NCBI GenBank assembly: GCA_947626575.1
Contig: CANQSR010000011.1
Location: forward strand, 944 to 64,943
Source: an uncultured Clostridia bacterium
GTDB lineage: Bacteria > Bacillota > Clostridia > Christensenellales > Borkfalkiaceae
DNA length: 64,000 bases
Reading direction: 5' to 3'
Part shown: in pieces, positions 38,758 to 48,314 of the stretch
Layout of the letters: each line of letters starts with the position of its first letter
Numbering within the stretch: position 1 is the stretch's first letter
The notes under the pieces: generated by a model
What the model saw: the letters and a program-made list of their open reading frames with translations, nothing else
Told to the model about the DNA's origin: nothing
Database searches by the model: none
Made by a program: the position numbers and the translations under genes

Positions 38758-39327
38758 ATGACGGCAAAAGAGAAACTGCACGCAGGGCTATTATATAAGG
38801 TAGACGACGAGCTTCGCGCCGAGCTTGCCGCGTGCAAGAAAAAGTGCGTCGAATACAACAATACGCCGCGCGAGGATACGGAAAAACGTGAGGCCGTCAT
38901 GCGCGCCATCCTCGGCAAGTGCGGCAAAAATTTCTTCATCGAGAGCAACGTCTGGTTCGATTACGGCTACAACACCGAAGTCGGAGAAAATTTCTATGCC
39001 AACCACGACTGCGTATTCCTCGATACGGGCAAGCTCACCTTCGGCGACAACGTGTTCATCGCGCCGCAATGCGGATTTTATACGGCGGGGCATCCCCTCG
39101 ACGCCAAAACGCGCGACGCCCGGCTCGAATTCGCAAAGCCCATCCGCGTGGGAAACAGCGTGTGGATCGGCGGCGGGGTGCGCGTGCTTCCCGGCGTGAC
39201 CATCGGCGACAACGTCGTCATCGGAGCGGGGGCGGTCGTGGTACACGATATCCCGTCCGATAGCGTTGCGGTGGGCAATCCCGCGCGCGTCGTGAAAAGG
39301 CTGCCTGCGGCGGATACGGGGGAATAA
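38758..39327 (+). CDS. maa: Maltose/galactoside O-acetyltransferase family (hexapeptide)
   Basis: 189 aa, starting MTAKEKLHAGLLYK, with GDNVFIAPQCGFYTAGHPLD and VGNSVWIGGGVRVLPGVTIGDNVVIGAGAVV. Confidence 0.85.
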   Translation: MTAKEKLHAGLLYKVDDELRAELAACKKKCVEYNNTPREDTEKREAVMRAILGKCGKNFFIESNVWFDYGYNTEVGENFYANHDCVFLDTGKLTFGDNVFIAPQCGFYTAGHPLDAKTRDARLEFAKPIRVGNSVWIGGGVRVLPGVTIGDNVVIGAGAVVVHDIPSDSVAVGNPARVVKRLPAADTGE

Positions 39328-39432
39328 ACCCCGCCCGGAAGGCGCGCCGCGGCGGACGTTTTTTCGTCCGTTCCGTGAACGAAAATATTTGGACTTTTCC
39401 GAAAAAATCTTAAAATCCAAATGCAAAACAGC

Positions 39433-39461
39433 TTGACGGAACGTTTTCGAGGTCCTATAAT
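39433..39461 (+). promoter_or_regulatory. SigA-type promoter of rplM-rpsI
   Basis: TTGACG-N17-TATAAT. Confidence 0.65.
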
Positions 39462-39467
39462 AAAGAG

Positions 39468-39568
39468 GTAGCCGGCAAGAAGAGGCAGAAAACGCTCCCC
39501 CGTGCGGACCCAAAACAAGCCGGCAACATGGTTGTTACTGCCTTCGGGATATTACAAGGAGTACGGAT
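39468..39568 (+). promoter_or_regulatory. Structured 5' leader of rplM (possible L13 autoregulatory leader)
   Basis: About 100 nt lie between the promoter and the RBS, with complementary GCCGGC...GCCGGC and GGCA...TGCC segments. Firmicutes carry an L13 leader at this position, but the assignment is not verified. Confidence 0.35.
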
Positions 39569-40000
39569 ATGAAAACCTACATGGCAAACGCGCAAACGGT
39601 CGAGAGAAAGTGGTACGTCGTCGATGCCGACGGCCTTCCCCTCGGTAGACTTGCTTCCAAGGTCGCGGCCATTTTGCGCGGCAAAAACAAGCCCACATTC
39701 ACTCCCAACGTCGATACGGGCGATTTTGTGATCATTATCAACAGCGATAAAGCCGTTCTCACAGGCAAGAAACTTGAGAACAAATTTTACCGTTATCATA
39801 CGGGCTACATCGGCGGCCTCAAAGAGACGCCTTACAGCAAGATGATGGCGGAACACAGCGACCTCGCGGTGTACGAAGCCGTGCGCGGCATGCTTCCCAA
39901 AAATTCTCTCGGCCGCCAGATGCTGAAAAAGCTGAGAGTATATAAGGGACCTGAACACAAGCACGAAGCGCAGAAACCCGAAGCGCTGAAATTATTTTAA
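39569..40000 (+). CDS. rplM: 50S ribosomal protein L13
   Basis: 143 aa, starting [30 protein letters not shown]. Confidence 0.95.
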   Translation: MKTYMANAQTVERKWYVVDADGLPLGRLASKVAAILRGKNKPTFTPNVDTGDFVIIINSDKAVLTGKKLENKFYRYHTGYIGGLKETPYSKMMAEHSDLAVYEAVRGMLPKNSLGRQMLKKLRVYKGPEHKHEAQKPEALKLF

Positions 40001-40015
40001 GGTGGGGGGAAAGAC

Positions 40016-40429
40016 ATGGCCAAAGCGACGATCAAGAAAAAGTTACAGTTTTGGGGCACCGGCAGAAGAAAGAAGGCAATTGCGCGCGTGCGTCTCATCC
40101 CCGGCGGCAGCGGCGCGATCGTGATCAACGACCGCACCCTCGAAGATTACTTCCCGCAAGGCACGACGCAGTATGTTGTGAAGCAGCCTCTTGCCGAAGT
40201 GAGCGCCGAAGGGAAATATGATATCTTCGTCAACGTCATCGGCGGCGGATATACCGGGCAAGCCGGGGCGATCCGTCTCGGCATCGCGAGAGCGCTTCTC
40301 GAAGCGGAACCCGAATGCCGCCCCGCGCTCAAAAAGGCGGGCTTCCTCACGAGGGATCCCCGCGTCAAGGAGAGAAAGAAGTACGGCTTGAAGAAAGCAC
40401 GCCGTGCGCCGCAGTTCTCCAAGAGATGA
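40016..40429 (+). CDS. rpsI: 30S ribosomal protein S9
   Basis: 137 aa with [14 protein letters not shown] and a C-terminal RRAPQFSKR. Confidence 0.95.
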   Translation: MAKATIKKKLQFWGTGRRKKAIARVRLIPGGSGAIVINDRTLEDYFPQGTTQYVVKQPLAEVSAEGKYDIFVNVIGGGYTGQAGAIRLGIARALLEAEPECRPALKKAGFLTRDPRVKERKKYGLKKARRAPQFSKR

Positions 40430-40434
40430 TTTCA

Positions 40435-40460
40435 AAAACCGACCCGTGCGGGTCGGTTTT
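40435..40460 (+). terminator. Rho-independent terminator of rplM-rpsI
   Basis: AAAACCGACCC-GTGC-GGGTCGGTTTT. Confidence 0.8.
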
Positions 40461-40462
40461 CG

Positions 40463-40870
40463 CTATTGTTCCCCCTCATACCGACCCCGAACGCAGTGAG
40501 CGGGGAGTGTATCTTGAACGAAAAAGCATTCATTGAACCAATTCGAATTCACTCACTTCGCTTCGTTCGGAATGAGGCATCGGGGCGACGAGAACAAGCC
40601 TCTTGCCCACCCCTTGAGGGGTGGGTGTCACCGCAGGTGACGGAAGGGGTGTCATATAAAAACACCCCCTACCTGTCACGGCAGAGCCGTGACGTCCGTC
40701 TCACGCGGGTAGAACCCCGCGTTCGGTCACCGTTCGCGCTACAAATGCGCTCACTCACCGCAAAACGCCGCACACAGCACACCGTGCTGATGTGCGAGAA
40801 GCGCGTTTTGCGACCCCTCAGGTATAAGGGGGGAGGCGGGCGTCTCCCCTCATATGGACCCCAAGGGGGG
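40463..40870. repeat. Mosaic repeat block
   Basis: It contains M13(+) at about 40470-40575, M6 at about 40600-40655, and intact M2(-) at 40699-40815. Confidence 0.85.
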
Positions 40871-40916
40871 AAGCCCCGCTTTCGCCCTTCTTACTGTCAC
40901 ACGCAAAGGAGTTATC

Positions 40917-41747
40917 ATGTTTTATACGACCGTCGATTTATACGATTATTTTCACATTCCCCGCGGGGAAAATGCGGGCGGGTCGCTGACCGTCTATGCG
41001 CGTTCCCGCAATCCCGAAAATTCGCCCCGCATCCGTCCCGCCATCCTGATCGCGGCGGGCGGCGGCTATAACTACCTCTCTTTCCGCGAGGGCGAACCCG
41101 TCGCCTTGAAATTTCTCGCCGAGGGGTATGCCGTATTCCTGCTCAATTACACCATCTGCACGCCCTATCCCGTGCCGCTCATCGAGGCGGCGATGGCGAT
41201 GAAGTATATCCGCGAAAACGCGCAAACGTACGCCGTGGATGCAGACCGCGTCTGCGCGGCGGGCTTTTCTGCGGGCGGCCATCTCGTGGGGATGCTCGCC
41301 ACGATGTTCGGCGAAAAAGAGGTCATAGAGCGCATCGGAGGGGGGCATGTCCGCCCCGACGCCGTCATTTTGAGTTATCCCGTCATCACGACGGGCATCC
41401 GTACGCACGGCGACACGGCCAATACCATATCGGGCGGCGACCCCAAACTTGCGGCCCGCCTCTCCCTTGAAAAGCGCGTGACGAAGGAGAGTTCGCCCGC
41501 ATTCATCTGGCACACGTCGGAGGACGACTGCGTTGCCGTCGAGAACGCGTTTCTGATGGCGCAGGCCTACCGTGCGGCGGGCGTGCCGTTTGAACTGCAC
41601 ATCTTCGAGAAGGGCGGCCACGGCCTGTCCACGTCGGATATCGAAGTCTGCAACGAACGCGGGTGCCGCGGCGACGTCGAGGCCGTGCGCATGTGGATCC
41701 CCCTCGCCCTGAATTTCTTGAAGGCCCGCGGCTTCGAGGTGCGATAA
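40917..41747 (+). CDS. Alpha/beta-hydrolase fold esterase
   Basis: Nucleophile elbow GFSAGGH and a C-terminal GGHG. ATG 40917 with an AAGGAG RBS is preferred. The ORF-track upstream extension (40854) runs into a repeat block. Confidence 0.8.
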   Translation: MFYTTVDLYDYFHIPRGENAGGSLTVYARSRNPENSPRIRPAILIAAGGGYNYLSFREGEPVALKFLAEGYAVFLLNYTICTPYPVPLIEAAMAMKYIRENAQTYAVDADRVCAAGFSAGGHLVGMLATMFGEKEVIERIGGGHVRPDAVILSYPVITTGIRTHGDTANTISGGDPKLAARLSLEKRVTKESSPAFIWHTSEDDCVAVENAFLMAQAYRAAGVPFELHIFEKGGHGLSTSDIEVCNERGCRGDVEAVRMWIPLALNFLKARGFEVR

Positions 41748-41749
41748 GA

Positions 41750-42105
41750 CTTCCCCTTGCTGTCCCTTATTGTAACAATGTGACCCTTCGACAGGCTCAG
41801 GGTGACGGATTTATCCCCACTCCTTGAATCCCTCTCCCCAAGGAGAGGGTAGGCCGAACGTCGTTACGTCCGCGCGAGGCGTTCTATTCGTCATTCCGAA
41901 CGAAGTGAGGAATCTCGTTTTTTGAGATTTCTCACCCCTGCGGGGTTCGGAATGACGTATTGGGCGATGGGTACATGCCTCTTGCCCATCACTACAAGGG
42001 GCGACGAGACCTTGCTGTCCCTTATCGTAATAATGTGACCCTTCGACAGGCTCAGGGTGACGGATTTATTCCCCGTCCGCGCAATCCGCCGAGGGTGGGC
42101 AAGGC
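41750..42105. repeat. Mosaic repeat block
   Basis: It contains M5(-) at about 41770-41860, M1 at 41890-41956, and an M5 fragment at about 42030-42075. Confidence 0.8.
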
Positions 42106-42108
42106 CCC

Positions 42109-42312
42109 TCATTTCTTCGCCTTTCTGCTGATTTGTTCGTGGCGGGCGAGGAGACCGCCGAGGGCGTCGCGGCCCGCGTTGGGCGCGGAAGGCGTCTCCG
42201 TCCCGTAGGCGGGTGCGGAGAAGGCGGGATCGTCCGCCTTGGGCTGCGTTTGCTCTCCCGCCGTGAGCGCAGAGAGCGCATCGAGCAGTTCAAAGATACC
42301 GAATTTTTCCAT
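42109..42312 (-). CDS. Small hypothetical protein (67 aa)
   Basis: Internal ATG 42312 (MEKFGIFELLDALSAL...) with GGAG about 10 nt upstream. No family recognised. Confidence 0.4.
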   Translation of the reverse strand: MEKFGIFELLDALSALTAGEQTQPKADDPAFSAPAYGTETPSAPNAGRDALGGLLARHEQISRKAKK

Positions 42313-42425
42313 TGCGGCACACTCCGTTGAAGCCCTGCGGCCGCCAAAACGGCCGCGCGGGACATAAAATACCGTTCCCTGCACAAAAATTTTCCAAAAA
42401 ACGTGCAAGTTTCACGGGTTTTTGA

Positions 42426-42454
42426 TTGCCAAAAGCCTTGATTTAGTTTATAAT
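42426..42454 (+). promoter_or_regulatory. SigA-type promoter of the 845-aa ORF (large lipoprotein gene)
   Basis: TTGCCA-N17-TATAAT. Confidence 0.6.
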
Positions 42455-42508
42455 GAAAAATGTATCGTTAGAACCATAAATTTTCCAAAGACGGTAAGGA
42501 TACAGCAT

Positions 42509-44959
42509 ATGCGAAATGTAACGAAAAAATTTTTAGCATTGGCGACGGCGGCGGTCCTCTCCGCGGGCGCCCTCTCGCTCGCCGCCTGCGGCTCCGGCTT
42601 CCGGAATCCCGCGGCGATCCAGCCGGGCGAAGTGACTTCCAACGGCGGCTTCGTCGTCTCGGTGGGCGATGACGCCAACGGGTATTACTACTTCATCAAC
42701 GGCGTCGAGACGGCCACTTCCGACAACACTTACGGCACGCCCGTGAAGGGCGCGCTGATGCGCGTGAAGAAATCCGAACTTGCGCAGGGCAAAGGGGAAG
42801 GCGAACTCGTCATTCCCTCCCTCATGGTCGCGGGCGACTACACGGCGGGCCTCTTCATTTACGGCGAACGCATCTACTATGCCACCCCCACCAACGTGCG
42901 CAACACCACGGGCGTCGTCGAAAACTCCTACCTCGACTTCAAGAGCGCCAAGCTCGACGGCACGGACATCAAAGACCTCTTCCGTCTCTCCTCCAACACG
43001 ACGGTCTATCGCTATGTGGAAGTGGACGGCACGGTGTACGCCGTCTATGCGTCCGGTTCGAGTACCTACACCCTGCATTCCTATAATACGTCGAACGGCA
43101 CGGATACCGTTCTTGCGGACGGCGTGACCAAGTACGCGTTCGACAGCAACGATAAGACCAACGCCACCGTCTATTATACGATGAGCGTGACGGAGAACGT
43201 CGCCACCGACAGCGCGCGCACGGCAGGGTATAACCAGCTCTACCGCGTATCCGCGGCCGCCACCGAAGCGCCCGAAGGGTATGCCTACAAGGATGCGGGC
43301 TATTGGGACGAGTTCCGCGAATGGATCGACGAGAACAACAGCGGGAACATCCCCTATACCAACCTCGGCGAACTTGTCCTGGACGGCATCAGCACGAACA
43401 ACGGCAAGACCATCTTCAACCACAGCGAGAAGGACCCTTCCACCCCCTTCGGCTACACCTACACCCTGCGTTCCTACCAGAACGGCGGCATCTATTTCAC
43501 GCTGGCGGAGACCAACGGCAAGGGCGGTGACCTCTATTATCTTTCCGAGGCAAAGATCGCGGAGAGCGGGTTCGATTCCATCGGGTCCAATCCCGTTGCC
43601 AACCCCGAAGAGGGCAAGAGCGAGGCCTGCGTGAAGCTTGCCAACGACATCGACGCGGCAAACAAGGCGACGGATTCCGCCTATTACTATATCGACGACG
43701 ACGGGCATCACTATCTCTATGTGGAGAGCGGGAGCATTTACCGCGCCGATTTGGACGGCAAAGGCGGCATTACGAGCGATCTCATGATCGCCACGGGCGC
43801 GGGGTCCGCGACCATCGTTGCCCTCGACAGCACGTCCTCCGATGCGTACGGGTACGTCTATTATTCGCAGACCAACGGCAACGGCCTTTCCGTGGAGCGC
43901 GCGGTCTATGACGGCGACGCGGAGAACTACAAGAACCTCACCTATGACGGCGAGAACAACGCGGCGTATAAGCCCGTGAAGGTCCTCAACCTGCAACACG
44001 TGAGCGGCTGGTATAACTATGAGGTGATCGACGGCACCGTGTTCTATGCGGACGCCGAGCAGTTCGGCGGCACGGCGTATAGCTACACGGCCGCAGTCAG
44101 CCTCAAAAAAGACGGCAAGCTCATGGACAACGTCGAACTCAAAGCCTTCAACGATAGCTATGAGGCCATCACGAGTACGGATAAGTCGGTGGGCCTCTTC
44201 GGCAAGCTCAACGATGCCTTCGGCGATTCCGACCTCTCCAACGCCATCAAGTATTACTTCTACACGGGGGAGAGCGAACAGTTCAAGGCGAACATCGATG
44301 AAGCCCTCACCTATGGCGAAAAAGATACGTCGCTCTACACCGAGGAAGAGCAGAAGGCGTTCAATGCCTATGTGAACGGCAAAGAGTACAAGACGTCGCA
44401 GGATAAAGTCCTGTTCGCGGCCGGCGAGCGGACGCTGTACGATGCCTTCCGCACCCGTCTCGGCAGGATGAGCGATGCGGACGAAGAGACATACGATAAC
44501 TATTGGAAGACGAGCGGGCTGGCGCATTACACCCCTCCCGCAGAGGAAGATACGGGCCTCGCATGGTGGGCATGGCTGCTCATCGCGATCGCGATCGCAC
44601 TCGTCGTGGCGGCGGGCGTGCTGTGCGGATTGTACTTCTTCTACTACAAGAAGAAGGCGAAGGCCACAACCGAGCCGAGGCGCAAGGTGCGCACGCAGGT
44701 GGACGAGGATATCGACGTCTATGCGGACGAGACCTCCGAACCGGAGGACCCGGAGAGCGCAGGAGCCGCGGAAGAGCCTTCCGAAGAGACGGAGGAGTCG
44801 GAAGAGGACTTCGAAGAACCTGTTCCCGAAGAACCCGCTCCCGAAGAACCCGCTGCAGAACCTGTTGAGGAACCCGCTCCCGCCGAGCCTGTTGAGGAAC
44901 CCGTTGAGGAACCGGCACCTGTTGAAGAACCGGCCCCCGAACAGCCTTCGGAAAACTAA
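42509..44959 (+). CDS. Large surface lipoprotein with a C-terminal TM anchor and an acidic Pro/Glu repeat tail
   Basis: Signal and lipobox MRNVTKKFLALATAAVLSAGALSLAAC. Repeated IYY/LYY-type motifs, the TM WWAWLLIAIAIALVVAAGVLCGLYFFYY, then EEPxPEEP repeats. Promoter TTGCCA-N17-TATAAT and a terminator at 44971-45000. Confidence 0.75.
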   Translation: MRNVTKKFLALATAAVLSAGALSLAACGSGFRNPAAIQPGEVTSNGGFVVSVGDDANGYYYFINGVETATSDNTYGTPVKGALMRVKKSELAQGKGEGELVIPSLMVAGDYTAGLFIYGERIYYATPTNVRNTTGVVENSYLDFKSAKLDGTDIKDLFRLSSNTTVYRYVEVDGTVYAVYASGSSTYTLHSYNTSNGTDTVLADGVTKYAFDSNDKTNATVYYTMSVTENVATDSARTAGYNQLYRVSAAATEAPEGYAYKDAGYWDEFREWIDENNSGNIPYTNLGELVLDGISTNNGKTIFNHSEKDPSTPFGYTYTLRSYQNGGIYFTLAETNGKGGDLYYLSEAKIAESGFDSIGSNPVANPEEGKSEACVKLANDIDAANKATDSAYYYIDDDGHHYLYVESGSIYRADLDGKGGITSDLMIATGAGSATIVALDSTSSDAYGYVYYSQTNGNGLSVERAVYDGDAENYKNLTYDGENNAAYKPVKVLNLQHVSGWYNYEVIDGTVFYADAEQFGGTAYSYTAAVSLKKDGKLMDNVELKAFNDSYEAITSTDKSVGLFGKLNDAFGDSDLSNAIKYYFYTGESEQFKANIDEALTYGEKDTSLYTEEEQKAFNAYVNGKEYKTSQDKVLFAAGERTLYDAFRTRLGRMSDADEETYDNYWKTSGLAHYTPPAEEDTGLAWWAWLLIAIAIALVVAAGVLCGLYFFYYKKKAKATTEPRRKVRTQVDEDIDVYADETSEPEDPESAGAAEEPSEETEESEEDFEEPVPEEPAPEEPAAEPVEEPAPAEPVEEPVEEPAPVEEPAPEQPSEN

Positions 44960-44970
44960 ACCGATAAACA

Positions 44971-45000
44971 AAGCTCCCCTGTGTTTGCAGGGGAGCTTTT
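44971..45000 (+). terminator. Rho-independent terminator
   Basis: AGCTCCCCTG-loop-CAGGGGAGCT, then TTTT. Confidence 0.75.
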
Positions 45001-45420
45001 CCATGTCCTTGGCGAAAAGAGGCCTTGGCGCCCCTATTAGGGGAGCCGGCGAGGCCATGGCCTCGACTGAGGGGTTTCGGATGTTTACGTCATTCCGCGC
45101 GAAGCGTTTACGTCATTCCGTCCGAAGCCTCTATGCGCCAATCCGAGCGAGGCCTCTATACGTCATTCCGAACGAAGTGAGGAATCTCTCCTTTGAGATT
45201 TCTCACCCCTATGGGGTTCGAAATGACGTCCGAGGCGCTTACGTCATTCCGACCGAGGCCTCTATGCGTCATTCCGAGCGAAGCACGAGCCGCAGGCGAA
45301 GTGGCGCAGTCGAGGAATCACTTGGTTTTAATAATGTGACCCTTCGACAGGCTCAGGGTGACGAATGTACCCCCGCTCCCCAAATCCGCTACGGCGGCAG
45401 GGACCGCCTTAGGCCCCCCG
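45001..45420. repeat. Mosaic repeat block
   Basis: It contains an M11-like start, several GTCATTCCG cores, M1 at 45162-45227, and an M5 fragment at about 45320-45370. Confidence 0.8.
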
Positions 45421-45483
45421 ACCCCGCCGCAGAACCCTCAAAAAATTTTTTTCTGTTTTTTTCCGAAATACATAAAAAAACGG

Positions 45484-45512
45484 TTTACAAAAAAAATAAA
45501 TCTTAATATAAT
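45484..45512 (+). promoter_or_regulatory. SigA-type promoter of the zinc-ribbon/comFC unit
   Basis: TTTACA-N17-TATAAT in an AT-rich tract. Confidence 0.65.
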
Positions 45513-45552
45513 TTATTAGCCTGTAAGAGGGCGGCCAGCGGAGGATAGAAAA

Positions 45553-46053
45553 ATGGTTCGTTACATGAAATGCCCGCGTTGCGATTTGAACTATATTGAT
45601 GCGGAAAAACAGGAGTATTGCGACGTCTGTCTCAAAGAAATGAAAGGCATCCCGACAGGGCTTGAAGAGATCGAGGAAGCGGAAGATGAACTTCCCACCG
45701 AACTCTGCCCCGTCTGCGGCGAAAATATGATGCGTGCCGGCGAAAAGATGTGCGATGAGTGCCGCAAAAAGATGGAGTACGACGAGACGGAGGAGGCCGA
45801 GAGCGAAGAGGACGACGAGTGGCGCGAGTACCTCGACGACGACGCGGAGGACCTTTCGGGCGAGATCGGCGAGCTGGATGCGGAATTCGGCGAAGAGTTT
45901 GCCGACGAAGAGGAAGAGGAGGAAGAGCCGGAAGAGGCCGCGGACGACGAAGAGGATCTGGATTACGTCACGGGCGACGAAATTTACACCCTCACCGACG
46001 ACGATGACGATGAGGACGAGGCCGACGAAAGATCCGAGGACGATGATTTCTGA
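45553..46053 (+). CDS. Zinc-ribbon protein with an acidic C-terminal tail
   Basis: 166 aa with CPRC...CDVC and CPVC...CDEC pairs, then a long D/E tract. GGAGGA RBS and a TTTACA-N17-TATAAT promoter. Confidence 0.6.
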   Translation: MVRYMKCPRCDLNYIDAEKQEYCDVCLKEMKGIPTGLEEIEEAEDELPTELCPVCGENMMRAGEKMCDECRKKMEYDETEEAESEEDDEWREYLDDDAEDLSGEIGELDAEFGEEFADEEEEEEEPEEAADDEEDLDYVTGDEIYTLTDDDDDEDEADERSEDDDF

Positions 46054-46116
46054 TGAAGGAAGCGGGTATTTGCCCGCTTTTTCCATGGGGCCGCATGCCC
46101 CCGTTTCCTGCACACG

Positions 46117-46860
46117 ATGAAAAATTTATTTGCCCGTTTGGGCGCGCGCATCAAGAAATACGACGACGCGCACAACTTCACCTGCGACGTCTGCGGGCGC
46201 GAAGTGTTCGGCGGCGAACGCATCTGCGGCAGTTGCCGCGATAAGCTCCCCTATAACCGCGGCGTCATCTGCCCTCTCTGCGGCCGCCGCGAGAAGGAGG
46301 AGGGCATTTGCCTTACGTGCAAAGAGCGGCCGATCGGCGTCGAAAAGGCACGCTCCGTCTTTACCCACGAAGGCGATGCGGCCCGCCTCGTCGTGCGCTT
46401 CAAGCGCGGGCAGAAGTATTTATACCGCACGCTCGGCGAAGAGCTGTTCGCGCTCTGCGAGCGTGAGTTTTCAAGGCCCGATGCCCTCGTGGCGATCCCC
46501 ATGTCCGAAAAGGCGCAGGCAAAGCGCGGGTATAACCAGGCGGAACTGCTCGCCGTGCGCCTCTCCGAGCTTTGGGGCGTCCCCGTCATCGCACCCGTCC
46601 GCAAGGCGCGCGAAACGAGTTCGCAGAAGTTCTTGGGCCGCGCCGAGCGCACGGAAAACCTGCGCGGCTCCTTCCACGTCTTTGACCGCAAGGCCGTGCG
46701 GGATAAGACCCTGCTCATCGTGGACGACACCATGACGACGGGCGCGACCATCACGGAATTTGCCGAAGTATTGCGGCGCGCGGGCGCGAAAAAGCTGTTC
46801 GCCGCAACGGTCACGAGCGTTGCGGAAAAGAGTCCGACGGGGTACAGAGACGTAAAATGA
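46117..46860 (+). CDS. comFC: ComF-family phosphoribosyltransferase-like protein
   Basis: 247 aa with an N-terminal Cys4 (CDVCG...CGSC, CPLCG...CLTC) and the PRT motif LLIVDDTMTTGATI. Confidence 0.85.
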   Translation: MKNLFARLGARIKKYDDAHNFTCDVCGREVFGGERICGSCRDKLPYNRGVICPLCGRREKEEGICLTCKERPIGVEKARSVFTHEGDAARLVVRFKRGQKYLYRTLGEELFALCEREFSRPDALVAIPMSEKAQAKRGYNQAELLAVRLSELWGVPVIAPVRKARETSSQKFLGRAERTENLRGSFHVFDRKAVRDKTLLIVDDTMTTGATITEFAEVLRRAGAKKLFAATVTSVAEKSPTGYRDVK

Positions 46861-46952
46861 GCCTACCATGTCCGAGGATAGGCGGTCAGAAAACAAATTT
46901 GTATAATAATTTCCCACCTCCGCATAATGACGTTATACGGAGGTTTTTATTT

Positions 46953-47495
46953 ATGAAGGCAACGGGGATCGTAAGAAGGATCGATGAACTCGGCAGGGTG
47001 GTCATCCCGAAAGAAATACGGCGCACGCTGCGCATCCGCGAGGGGGACCCCCTCGAACTCTTTACCGACCGCGATGAACTCATGCTCAAAAAATATTCGC
47101 CCATCGCGTCCGTGGACCGCTTTGCGGAGGGGACGGTGAAGTCTCTGAACGAACAGAGCGGGCTTACGGCGGTCATCACCGACGGCGACGTCGTGCTTGC
47201 GGCGGCGGGCGCGGGCAAGAAGGGGCTGGTCGGCAAGACGGTCTCGGATAAGCTCACCGAGATCATGTCCTCGCGCAGGAGCTATCTTGCGAGCCGCGCG
47301 GAGGGCGGCGAAGTGGTGCCGATCACGTCCGAGGGGACGGATTTCACGGCGGAAGTCATCGTCCCCATCGTGGCGAACGGCGACTGTTTGGGAACGGTGA
47401 TCTTGCTGTCAGCGGAAGAGGGATTTGTCCCCGAAGGTTCGGCGGTCAAATTGACCCGCCTCACCGCGGATATCATCGCAAACCAATTCGAGTAA
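46953..47495 (+). CDS. spoVT: Stage V sporulation protein T (AbrB-type N-domain + GAF-like)
   Basis: MKATGIVRRIDELGRVVIPKEIRRTLRIREGDPLE is a SpoVT/AbrB swapped hairpin. GGAGG RBS. The upstream extension in the ORF track is rejected. Confidence 0.9.
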   Translation: MKATGIVRRIDELGRVVIPKEIRRTLRIREGDPLELFTDRDELMLKKYSPIASVDRFAEGTVKSLNEQSGLTAVITDGDVVLAAAGAGKKGLVGKTVSDKLTEIMSSRRSYLASRAEGGEVVPITSEGTDFTAEVIVPIVANGDCLGTVILLSAEEGFVPEGSAVKLTRLTADIIANQFE

Positions 47496-47496
47496 T

Positions 47497-48296
47497 TAAG
47501 TTTCGTAAATTTCTATCATATAGAAGCCCTTTAAGACTAAGGGCATAGAAATTTACGATAGAAACCCGCGTTGGCGCCTTAACGCTCTTGGCTCTCTTCT
47601 TCGTTCCAACGGACAAGAAGCGCTTGACGCGCAAATTGAGGGCGAAAACCAAAATGCGATTTTGGTTATTCGCAATAGATTTAGAATGGGTTTGCGGGAA
47701 GCTTTCCCCAAGGGGAAGACCTGCCCCTACTTGTGGGGGCGCAAAACGCAATTCTCGCACATCAGCACAGTGTGCTGTGGGCGGCGTTTTGCGGTGAGTG
47801 AGCGCATTCGCCGCGCGAACGGTGACCGAACGCGGGGTTCTACCCGCGTGAGAGGGTGGCGCGGCTTTGCCGCGTCAGGTGGGGGAAGCCTCCTCGCTGT
47901 CCCTCTTAGGGAAAGTGGCGCGAAGCGCCGAAAGGGTTTTCCCTCATACCGACCCCGAACGCAGTGAGCGGGGAGTGTATCCTGAGCGGAGAGGTATCAT
48001 GGAACCGAATGAGTTAAAGATTCACTCACTCCACTTCGCTTCGTTCGGAATGAGGCCGAAAGGGTTTCACCCCTTAGTCTCGGCGGTGGCCCACGTCATT
48101 CCAACGACCGTAGGGAGAGTCTCGGCCGGTGGCCTACGTCATTCCGAGGAGCGGAGCGACGAGGAATCTCGCTTTTAGAGATTTCTCACCCCTATGGGGT
48201 TCGAAATGACGTGCGGACAGGTAGGGGGTTGACGAAATGACGTGCGGACAGGCAGGGAGGTTGCCGAAATGACGTGCGGACAGGTAGGGGGTGCCT
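47497..48296. repeat. Mosaic repeat block
   Basis: It contains the M12 hairpin at 47497-47560, M3(-) at about 47590-47670, M2(+) at 47738-47853, M13 at about 47940-48060, M1 at 48138-48210, and three 31-32-bp tandem units at 48203-48296. Confidence 0.85.
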
Positions 48297-48314
48297 AAAT
48301 GCCCCCGCTACATA

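Noticed and set aside
41935-41956. tRNA-like T-arm sequence (GGGGTTCGGAATGAC here, GGGGTTCGAAATGAC in other M1 units).
   Set aside because: There is no acceptor stem, anticodon arm or CCA context. The motif is simply one arm of the M1 palindrome. I found no tRNA or rRNA genes in the window.
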